A stretch of DNA of 36,371 bases from Minisyncoccia bacterium. Its GTDB lineage: Bacteria > Patescibacteriota > Minisyncoccia > UBA6257 > GWB1-50-10. Positions 29,001 through 36,371 of this stretch are shown here, in pieces. Position 1 is the stretch's first letter, and each line of letters starts with the position of its first letter. The stretch spans positions 1-36,371 of the forward strand of contig JBMFLB010000003.1 in assembly GCA_049971465.1 (NCBI GenBank). The letters are read 5' to 3'. Both the position numbers and the translations under genes were made by a program. The notes below the pieces were generated by a model. It was not told the origin of the DNA and did no database searches. It saw only the letters and a list, made by a program, of their open reading frames with translations.

Positions 29001-30070
29001 GATCGTTCAAGAAGAATTCTTAATTCTGATGGATTTAATGAATAAGCTTCAGCATTTTCCAAAGAAACATCTTTTCTTTTAATCAAATCAACTAGAGATC
29101 TATTTAAAGAAATCATACCTTCTTGTATACTAGTTTCAATAACTAAATCAATTTGATAAATTTTTCTTTCTCTAATCAAATTCCTAATTGCGGAATTAAC
29201 AATCATAATTTCAGTTGCTGGTAAACGACCACCACCAACTTTAGGAATTAATCTTTGCGATATAATAGCAACCAAGGTTGATGCTAATTGAGAAGTTATT
29301 TGATTTTGTTGTTCCGCAGTAAAACTATCAATTATACGATCAATGGTTTGAGCGGCGGAATTAGTATGTAATGTAGAAAAAACTAAATGCCCAGTTTCTG
29401 CTGCAGTCATAGCAGTTGCAATTGTTTCGGGATCACGCATTTCACCAATCATTATTACATCAGGATCTTGTCTTAAAATTGATCGTAATGCTTCATGAAA
29501 TGAAATTGCATCCCTTCCAACTTCTCGTTGAGAAATAATTGAACGATCTTGAGCAAAAACATATTCGATTGGATCCTCAACTGTTATTATATGTTCTGTC
29601 CTTTTATGATTTATTTCATCTAACATTGCAGCTAAAGTTGTTGACTTACCATGACCCGCTGGACCAACAACCAAAATAAATCCTTGTTCTAATTTGGTAA
29701 ATTCATGTAATATTGGCGGCAAATTTAATTCCTCAACAGTTTTAATATGTGATGGTATTAAACGAAGTGCTGCTGCCATCATTCCTCTTTGAATATAAGT
29801 ATTTATTCTAAATCGTGCTTTATCTTCAAAATCATAGGAAAAATCAAATTGTTTATCTTTTAAAAAAATTGCTTTTTGATCTTCAGTTAATAAGGCTAAA
29901 ACCAAACCTTCGGCATCCTCTTTGGTTAAAATTGGTTCTGTTGCTAATGGCACTAAAATACCATCAACACGAATTGTTGGTTTTCTCCCTACTGCCAAAT
30001 GTAAATCTGATGCATTTTGTCTTGCGGTTGTTAAAAGATATTCATTTAATTTTTGTTTATAATCCATCAT
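28997..30070 (-). CDS. pilT: Type IV pilus retraction ATPase
   Basis: ASDLHL, GPAGHGKSTT, LRQDPDVIMIGEMRD, ETGHLVFSTLHT and AIRNLIRE motifs. Confidence 0.97.
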   Translation of the reverse strand: MMDYKQKLNEYLLTTARQNASDLHLAVGRKPTIRVDGILVPLATEPILTKEDAEGLVLALLTEDQKAIFLKDKQFDFSYDFEDKARFRINTYIQRGMMAAALRLIPSHIKTVEELNLPPILHEFTKLEQGFILVVGPAGHGKSTTLAAMLDEINHKRTEHIITVEDPIEYVFAQDRSIISQREVGRDAISFHEALRSILRQDPDVIMIGEMRDPETIATAMTAAETGHLVFSTLHTNSAAQTIDRIIDSFTAEQQNQITSQLASTLVAIISQRLIPKVGGGRLPATEIMIVNSAIRNLIRERKIYQIDLVIETSIQEGMISLNRSLVDLIKRKDVSLENAEAYSLNPSELRILLERS

Positions 30071-30074
30071 AAAA

Positions 30075-31802
30075 TTATTTTGTTTCCCTTAAAACCTCTT
30101 CAATGCTTATTTGACCTTGCAATGCTTTAATAATACCATCCTGGCGTAAAGTTACCATTCCTTGTCTTTTTGCTTCTTCCATTAATTTTGTTTCAGTAAT
30201 TCCGGTGCTAATAATTTCATCTAATTCTTTTGTCATTTTAAAAATTTCAAATAATGCAATTCTGCCCTTAACTCCTTTGCCGCCGCAAATATCGCAATTA
30301 GGATCAGGTTCAGCTTTATACAGGGTATAAGGTCTGCTATAATTATACTTCATTTTAACGTTTTCAGGAAGCGTTTCTAAAGAATTTTGTATAATATCAC
30401 TTAATTCATCATTTGCTTGATATTGTTTTTTACATTTTGGACATAATTTTAAAACCAATCTTTGAGCAATCATTAAATTTAAAGATGATGATAATAAAAA
30501 CGATGGCGCCTCTAAATCTAATAATCTTGGAATAACACCAACAGCATTATTCGTATGAATTGTTGATAACATAATATGACCAGTTAATGCTGCATTTACT
30601 GCAAGATTTGCTGTTTCTTTATCTCTTATTTCTCCAACCATTATTATATCAGGATCTTGTCGTAAAATTTCTCTTAATCCTGATGCAAAATCATAACCTA
30701 TTTCCGGATGAACTTGCGATTGGTTAATGCCTTCCATAAAATATTCCACTGGATCTTCTAATGAAACAATATTTACATTTTCTGTATTCAATTGCTGCAT
30801 AATAGCATATAAAGTAGTTGTTTTGCCTGAACCAGTTGGCCCACTAATTAAAATCATCCCATATGGTTTATGAATACCTTCAGCAACAATATTAAAATTG
30901 TAATCATTTAATCCCAAATCATTAAAACTTTTCAATCCTGTTTCTGGATCTAAAACTCTTATGGCAACCTTTTCACCGCTAGGAGTTGGAAATGTTGACA
31001 CACGAAAATCAATATCACGTCCAAATACTACTGTTCTAAATCTGCCATCTTGAGGTATTCTAGTCTCATCTAACTTTAAATTAGATAAAACTTTTACCCG
31101 TGACACAATTGGCTGACTTAAAACTAAAGGTAATGAGCTGACTTCTTGCAATTCACCATTAATTCTAAATCTAATTCTTAATCTTTCTCTTTGCGGCTCA
31201 ATATGAACATCAGAGGCGCCGCTATCTACTGCTTGTTTTAATGTTGCGGCAACAATTTTAATAATTGGCGCTTCTTCCCCTTTACCACCTTCTTCCAAAC
31301 CAACAACATTTGTAGGTTGAGTAACAGCAGAAACGCCTTGAAGTGCTGCTTCTATTTCTGATTTAAATGGTTTATATTTTTTCCACACCTGTTTGACCAC
31401 TGATGGTGTAACAATATAAACGCCAATACTAATATGATTTTGTTTAGCAATAAAACGTAATGCTTCCTGCGCCTGAATACTATCAGGACGCAACATCCCA
31501 ACAACTAACATTTCATCATTTTTTTCTAATGGTACCAAACTATAATTTTGTGATGTTTCAAATGGAATAAATTTTAACAATGCATCGTTAATATTTGCTA
31601 TATCAAAATTTTGATAAAGGGGAATGCCAAAAATTTCACTTTTAGCTTTTGCTATTGTTAATTCATCAGAAATTTTTCTATCATAAATTAAATCTTCTAC
31701 ATATTTACCAGAAACACTTGCATCTTTTAAAAGTTTTTGACCAACAATCGAAGAAATAACTTTTCTGTCTACTAAAGCATTAATAAATTCTTGATCAGTC
31801 AT
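30075..31802 (-). CDS. pilB: Type IV pilus assembly ATPase PilB/GspE
   Basis: ASDVHIEP, PQDGR, GPTGSGKTTTLY, LRQDPDIIMVGEIRD and a CxxC/CxxC zinc motif. Confidence 0.97.
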   Translation of the reverse strand: MTDQEFINALVDRKVISSIVGQKLLKDASVSGKYVEDLIYDRKISDELTIAKAKSEIFGIPLYQNFDIANINDALLKFIPFETSQNYSLVPLEKNDEMLVVGMLRPDSIQAQEALRFIAKQNHISIGVYIVTPSVVKQVWKKYKPFKSEIEAALQGVSAVTQPTNVVGLEEGGKGEEAPIIKIVAATLKQAVDSGASDVHIEPQRERLRIRFRINGELQEVSSLPLVLSQPIVSRVKVLSNLKLDETRIPQDGRFRTVVFGRDIDFRVSTFPTPSGEKVAIRVLDPETGLKSFNDLGLNDYNFNIVAEGIHKPYGMILISGPTGSGKTTTLYAIMQQLNTENVNIVSLEDPVEYFMEGINQSQVHPEIGYDFASGLREILRQDPDIIMVGEIRDKETANLAVNAALTGHIMLSTIHTNNAVGVIPRLLDLEAPSFLLSSSLNLMIAQRLVLKLCPKCKKQYQANDELSDIIQNSLETLPENVKMKYNYSRPYTLYKAEPDPNCDICGGKGVKGRIALFEIFKMTKELDEIISTGITETKLMEEAKRQGMVTLRQDGIIKALQGQISIEEVLRETK

Positions 31803-31808
31803 ATTTAA

Positions 31809-32102
31809 TTAAAATGGCTGGAATGGATTAGCACGACCAGCAGTAGGCATAGTTAAATTGCTGGCATAATTATGTAATGACATAAAAACTGGTGAATTGA
31901 TAATTGAAGATGGATCTTGTTTTATTTGAGCGATAGAATTTACTGTACTTAATTGTTGCGGCGCGGTAATATTGCTCAAAATTTCTGGCTTTTTAAAAAA
32001 TAAAATATAAACAATAATCAAAATTATTGCAAAAACAACAAAAGTAGCAACAATACCAAATAAACCACTTGCTTTTTTTTCTGTTTCAAATTCTATTGCC
32101 AT
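31809..32102 (-). CDS. Small single-TM protein in the PilP position
   Basis: One TM helix and C-terminal GRANPFQPF; lies between pilO and pilB. Confidence 0.65.
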   Translation of the reverse strand: MAIEFETEKKASGLFGIVATFVVFAIILIIVYILFFKKPEILSNITAPQQLSTVNSIAQIKQDPSSIINSPVFMSLHNYASNLTMPTAGRANPFQPF

Positions 32103-32103
32103 A

Positions 32104-32655
32104 TTATAATTCTTGATAATAAGTATCGACTGTTAAATGAACAACAAAATTTGATCCATTGGTATTAATTGTTATATTTTTAACATCACTTATGCGCGCA
32201 TCAATATCTAACCCTCGAATAAAAGATTTTACTGCATTATAATCACCAGAACCATCTATATTTAATTCAACTACTCCTAATCTTTTTATAACATCTTTTG
32301 TAGTATCACTTAAAGGTAAAACATTAATATTTATTGAATTAATAACAAATTTAGCATTTTGCGCTATACCAGCAATTTGATTTAAAGCTTGAGTTATTCC
32401 AGGATTAATTGGTATAGCAAGATTTACACTTTCATTTGATGATGATAAGGTGCTATATTTTCCCATTAATCCTTGTACCTGTTTAACTATTTGATTTTCA
32501 GTAAGATATAAACTTTCTTTGGTTGCTGCTTTTGATCTTAAATCGCTAATAACAGAAAATTCTGGCTGAATATAATTGCCAAAAACAATAATTGATGCCC
32601 CTAATAAAATTACAGAAAAACTTATAAATAAAATTCTTTTAGTTGACGCTCTCAT
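32104..32655 (-). CDS. pilO: PilO-like pilus alignment protein
   Basis: N-terminal TM helix, coiled coil, GDYNAVKSFIRGL...RI motif, synteny. Confidence 0.8.
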   Translation of the reverse strand: MRASTKRILFISFSVILLGASIIVFGNYIQPEFSVISDLRSKAATKESLYLTENQIVKQVQGLMGKYSTLSSSNESVNLAIPINPGITQALNQIAGIAQNAKFVINSININVLPLSDTTKDVIKRLGVVELNIDGSGDYNAVKSFIRGLDIDARISDVKNITINTNGSNFVVHLTVDTYYQEL

Positions 32656-33218
32656 TGTGATAATGGTTGATTAAAAACTGACGACTGAATATAAAGAGTC
32701 AAAGAAAAATTAATTGTTTGATTAGAACCAACACTAAATGAATTTAAAACTGTCTTATTAATTTCAGACCGTGATTCAAAATATTGCAATTGTTGAATTA
32801 AAGAAACAAAATCTTTAGCAATTCCATTTAAATTTATTTTCCCATCATTAACATCAATCGTAGCATTATTATAATAGATATTTGGTAGGGTGGTACCTTC
32901 TAAAAATGAAAAAACACCTGATGCAAACTTATGATTATTTAAAACATTTTGTAAATTAACTAACTGGGAATAAAAATTTTTAAAATCATTTTGGGCGGAA
33001 GAATTTATTTGCGTGCTTAAATTATTTAATTGTTTATCATAATATTGTATTTGGGAACTTAAATAATTTTCATAACCAATTTTTGAACCAAAATAAATTA
33101 CTAAAGATAACAAAAATATAAAGACTGAAAAAATTAAAAGTTTCCAAGGAAATCCAACCGATATATGTTCTTCACTTAAAACTTGTTCTTCTATTGATTG
33201 AGTATATTGTTCATTCAT
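32652..33218 (-). CDS. pilN: PilN-like pilus alignment protein
   Basis: TM helix, coiled coil, LNGIAKDF...FSLTL; directly after pilM. Confidence 0.78.
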   Translation of the reverse strand: MNEQYTQSIEEQVLSEEHISVGFPWKLLIFSVFIFLLSLVIYFGSKIGYENYLSSQIQYYDKQLNNLSTQINSSAQNDFKNFYSQLVNLQNVLNNHKFASGVFSFLEGTTLPNIYYNNATIDVNDGKINLNGIAKDFVSLIQQLQYFESRSEINKTVLNSFSVGSNQTINFSLTLYIQSSVFNQPLSQ

Positions 33219-34318
33219 TAATAATATTTTAGCACAAGACCTACAGCAATTGCCAGTTCCTTATCCAAATCTTTTATTAATGGCTCCAAAATACTAGGAT
33301 ACTTAACTTTTTTAAATATTAATGGATCATAAACCGGCAAATTCAACTGTTTATTAAAATATTCATTAATACCCAATAATTTTGCACCGCCGCCAATTAA
33401 TATAACTTTGGTTACATCCTTACCATATGTTTTGGAATAAATATTCATCACCCGAAATGCTTCTTGAATAATAATATCTAAAAATGGCATTATTGAATTT
33501 GACAAAATACTTTCACCTCCTTGGCCATATAATCCATTTCTTATTTTTAATTCCTCCGCACGATAAGGATTTATATCTAAACTTTTTGAAACTGCTTTAG
33601 TTAAAAATGCGCCACCATAATCGGCTTCAGTTGCATATTCTATTATACCATTACTTTCAATTGATAATGAAGTAACTTCGGCTCCAATATCAATAATAAG
33701 AGTTGGCTGATCATTAGATGAACTAACAGCGCGTACTGCTGCAATATTTTCAACTTCTAAAGAAAATAAATTTAAATTTACTTGTTTTAAAACATTACGA
33801 TAAAAATTTACTAAAGACTTTGGTGTTGCAATTAAAAGAATATGTTGAAAACGATTGCCACGGGCATCTTCAGTTTCACCAATTTTTATCCAATCAATCA
33901 TCACTTGATCTAATGGCATTGGCACAAATTTTTTTGCTTGATAAGGTATTGCTTTTACTGTTTCTTCAATTGACATTAATGGCATTAAAATTGGAGCGGA
34001 AAATGAAGTAAAAACTGGCAATGACACAACAACATTTTTTGCTTTAAATTTGGTTTCTTTTAATAAAATTTTTAATAAACTTATTAAATTTTTATCAACA
34101 ATTTTTAATGACGGAGTTTGAATTGCAGCATTAGGTAAAACTAAATATTGTTTCGTATTTAAAATTCCATAATTGGTTAAAATTAATTTCCCCTTTATCC
34201 TTGTTAATTCCACTGCTTTAATTGATGATGTACCAATATCCAACCCAATTATTCTTCCGCTGCTTAAAAAATTTTTAATATTGTTAAAAAATTTTCCTGC
34301 TTGCTGTTTTAAATCCAT
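33218..34318 (-). CDS. pilM: PilM actin-like pilus assembly protein
   Basis: IGLDIGTSSIKAVEL, IDIGA, LIGGGAKL and AIAVGL motifs. Confidence 0.95.
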   Translation of the reverse strand: MDLKQQAGKFFNNIKNFLSSGRIIGLDIGTSSIKAVELTRIKGKLILTNYGILNTKQYLVLPNAAIQTPSLKIVDKNLISLLKILLKETKFKAKNVVVSLPVFTSFSAPILMPLMSIEETVKAIPYQAKKFVPMPLDQVMIDWIKIGETEDARGNRFQHILLIATPKSLVNFYRNVLKQVNLNLFSLEVENIAAVRAVSSSNDQPTLIIDIGAEVTSLSIESNGIIEYATEADYGGAFLTKAVSKSLDINPYRAEELKIRNGLYGQGGESILSNSIMPFLDIIIQEAFRVMNIYSKTYGKDVTKVILIGGGAKLLGINEYFNKQLNLPVYDPLIFKKVKYPSILEPLIKDLDKELAIAVGLVLKYY

Positions 34319-34362
34319 AGATATATTTTACCAAATACACAAAAAAAATCTATAATAAATTA

Positions 34363-35091
34363 ATGGAAAAAATATTTGATAAAATTTTGCAAATTTTTTT
34401 ACCTCCATTATGTATTAATTGCAATAAACTACTTCATCAAAATGATATATTATGTTCTGAATGTTTGTTAACTATACCAATTGCTAATGGATTTTATTGC
34501 CCAATTTGCAATAACCGCTTGCCATTCATTAAAAAAATATGTCATCCTCAATCTAATTTTGTTTTAGCAAGTGTTTCGTTTTATGAAAATCCAATTATTC
34601 AAAATATCATCCAACAGTTAAAATATAATCACTTAAAGCAGACAGCAATAATATTTAATAAATTAATATATTCTTACTTACAAAAATATCAAAACGAATG
34701 GAATGATTTTTTGTCTAATGAAACTTTAATCATTCCTGTGCCAATAACTAAATTAAAATTACGGCAAAGAGGATATAACCAAAGTATGATTATTGCTTTA
34801 AGTTTGCAACAACAAATAAAACTTGTTTTAAATAAAACGATAGAAATCAAAGAGGATGTAATTAAAAAGTCCAAAGAAAATTTTTCTCAAACCCAAATGA
34901 AAAATAATGATGATAGAAAATTAAATGTTAAAAATGTCTTTCAAATTATAAATCCATCAATATTACTAAACAAAAATATCATTATTGTTGATGATGTATT
35001 TACTACTGGCGCAACTCTTAATGAAATAAGCAACTTACTCAAAAAAAATAAATGTAAAAAAATTATAAGTTTTACAATTGCTAAAGCTTAA
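34363..35091 (+). CDS. comF: ComF/ComFC competence phosphoribosyltransferase-like protein
   Basis: Double zinc ribbon Cys motifs, RQRGYNQS and VDDVFTTGAT. Confidence 0.95.
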   Translation: MEKIFDKILQIFLPPLCINCNKLLHQNDILCSECLLTIPIANGFYCPICNNRLPFIKKICHPQSNFVLASVSFYENPIIQNIIQQLKYNHLKQTAIIFNKLIYSYLQKYQNEWNDFLSNETLIIPVPITKLKLRQRGYNQSMIIALSLQQQIKLVLNKTIEIKEDVIKKSKENFSQTQMKNNDDRKLNVKNVFQIINPSILLNKNIIIVDDVFTTGATLNEISNLLKKNKCKKIISFTIAKA

Positions 35092-36371
35092 TACTCTTGT
35101 ACCGTGCCGGTATATTTGCCAACATCTCTACATCCTGCATTATTAGAACATTGTTGTTCACTAGGAATACTCCCGCTGGTATAATAATCCACTGCACTGC
35201 AATAACTATTAGCTGTGCAAATATAAGCTTGTTGATTGTTATTTGGTACAGCATTACTTGGTAAAGTTTGAGCAGCAGCAATATTAGACCAAGGACCATA
35301 AGTACCGTTGCTATAAACAATTCTTACGCGATAAATATATACTCCTCCTGGTTTTACTTGGATATCATTATACGAAGCTTGACTATAAGGAACCGTCGTT
35401 AAATCAGTAAAGTAATTTTCCCATTGTTGTGTTGATGCTGCTTTGGTATTAGATAAATGTAAAGCTTCTAATACACTATTTATTGATTTGGTAATAAATT
35501 TCAATGCATTATCTAAATATCCTATAACTGATAATTTATTATGATTCAACATACTCACAGTTGAATTTTGAGTACTAACACATGGATAAATATCTTTTTG
35601 CAAACCACTGGGCCATCTACCATTGGTATACAAACCACTTACATCAATTGCGCCGCATACCTCAGCAGCAAAAATCCCACTGCTATTACTCCAATCATCT
35701 AATGTTTCTGAAACATTACCTCCTGGATCTTTAACATTGCTGCGATTAACTTCTATATCTCTGCTACCTTTTTTAATTAATTTTGTAAAATAAGGTACTC
35801 GACTTGATACAGTCATATTTGCTTGAATATGACCACTGCTATTACTTATTGATTGAGAAACTATATCAGGTGTTGCATCTATTCTTTGTATCTGAAAACT
35901 ATATCCAGTAGTAGAAGTTGTGTTATCTTTCCAATTCAAATATATAGACTTTGGAGAATTAGAAAAAGCTTTTAATGTTGTTGGCATATCTGCCATCCTA
36001 TAAAATGTTGTACATTGACCAGTAGTTATTGTTTTCAACCCATCAAAAGATATCGTGTAATTATGAGTTGAGCCTGGTGCTAAATTATTATGGACGAATT
36101 TACCTTGGAGATTATATTCTGAAACATTTATCAGATTTGATCCTTCAGAAATTCCCACTTGCAAAACATTATCATTATTTGTAGTCCACCAAACGTTTAT
36201 ACTACTTGTACTCATTGGTATACAACCACCATAATAGGAATAATTTTTAGGGGGTGGTGGAGGAGGTGGTGGAAGAGGTGGTGGAGGTGGAGGAGGTGGT
36301 GGAGAAGAATAAGTTGTACATTGAGCATTGACTGTTCCACCAACAAAAGATATCGTGTAATTATGAGTTGA
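35088..36371 (-). CDS. Secreted/surface protein with a fibronectin type III domain, polyproline linker and internal repeats (5'-partial)
   Basis: The frame stays open upstream of 36215 to the window edge (STHNYTISFVGGTVNAQCTTYSS-P9LP8-KNYSYYGGCIP-MSTSS...). Fn3 motifs include IYLNWKDN and YIYRVR...WSN. Confidence 0.8.
   Translation of the reverse strand, partial: STHNYTISFVGGTVNAQCTTYSSPPPPPPPPPLPPPPPPPPKNYSYYGGCIPMSTSSINVWWTTNNDNVLQVGISEGSNLINVSEYNLQGKFVHNNLAPGSTHNYTISFDGLKTITTGQCTTFYRMADMPTTLKAFSNSPKSIYLNWKDNTTSTTGYSFQIQRIDATPDIVSQSISNSSGHIQANMTVSSRVPYFTKLIKKGSRDIEVNRSNVKDPGGNVSETLDDWSNSSGIFAAEVCGAIDVSGLYTNGRWPSGLQKDIYPCVSTQNSTVSMLNHNKLSVIGYLDNALKFITKSINSVLEALHLSNTKAASTQQWENYFTDLTTVPYSQASYNDIQVKPGGVYIYRVRIVYSNGTYGPWSNIAAAQTLPSNAVPNNNQQAYICTANSYCSAVDYYTSGSIPSEQQCSNNAGCRDVGKYTGTVQEY
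36044..36371. repeat. Intragenic direct repeat with a 300-bp period
   Basis: CAAAAGATATCGTGTAATTATGAGTTGA is identical at 36044-36071 and 36344-36371; GTTGTACATTGA also recurs at 36007 and 36313. Confidence 0.9.
36249..36302 (-). repeat. CCN trinucleotide tract encoding P9-L-P8
   Basis: GGT/GGA runs on the plus strand, in frame with the Fn3 protein. Confidence 0.92.

Noticed and set aside
1347-35320. Other short ORFs in the track (1347-1595, 2492-2764, 3392-3580, 4192-4416, 4291-4542, 6944-7156, 7867-8124, 9378-9602, 10022-10210, 14898-15083, 16617-16805, 25950-26147, 27566-27772, 29815-30072, 33820-34011, 34173-34355, 34689-34874, 35081-35320)
   Set aside because: They overlap well-supported genes or the IS remnant, antisense or out of frame, and have no recognisable motifs.
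36159-36371. Plus-strand Trp/Arg-rich ORF (WWRRWW...) resembling an antimicrobial peptide
   Set aside because: It is the antisense shadow of the polyproline codons on the minus strand.

Overview
AT-rich bacterial chromosome segment whose gene content and organisation fit Patescibacteria/CPR (Parcubacteria-like; inference). It carries a type IV pilus operon pilM-N-O-(P)-B-T-C-pilin-pilD with no secretin, comF, a baseplate-J-like membrane protein and a GT39-type glycosyltransferase. Most genes have no Shine-Dalgarno motif and the standard genetic code is used. From about 4960 to the end the window is mostly core genes: tRNA-Ser, pyrG, htpX, lemA, groEL/ES with a CIRCE-like box, rel, parB/parA, gyrB, tRNA-Trp, ftsQ-like, serS, lysS, greA, the pilus/competence genes and a partial Fn3/polyproline surface protein. 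The first 4.9 kb, beyond the 3' end of tRNA-Ser, is a mosaic accessory region. It holds an unannotated 35-aa Pro-rich peptide gene (own promoter, strong RBS, downstream hairpin) directly upstream of an M16 zinc peptidase, an IS481-type transposase remnant, glnA, a broken metallophosphoesterase gene, and a beta-propeller membrane-protein gene bracketed by inverted copies of a 21-23 bp palindrome. The best leads are the peptide/M16 module, the palindrome-bracketed cassette, and an in-frame baseplate-J-like/PBP2 fusion that is either real or an assembly chimera.
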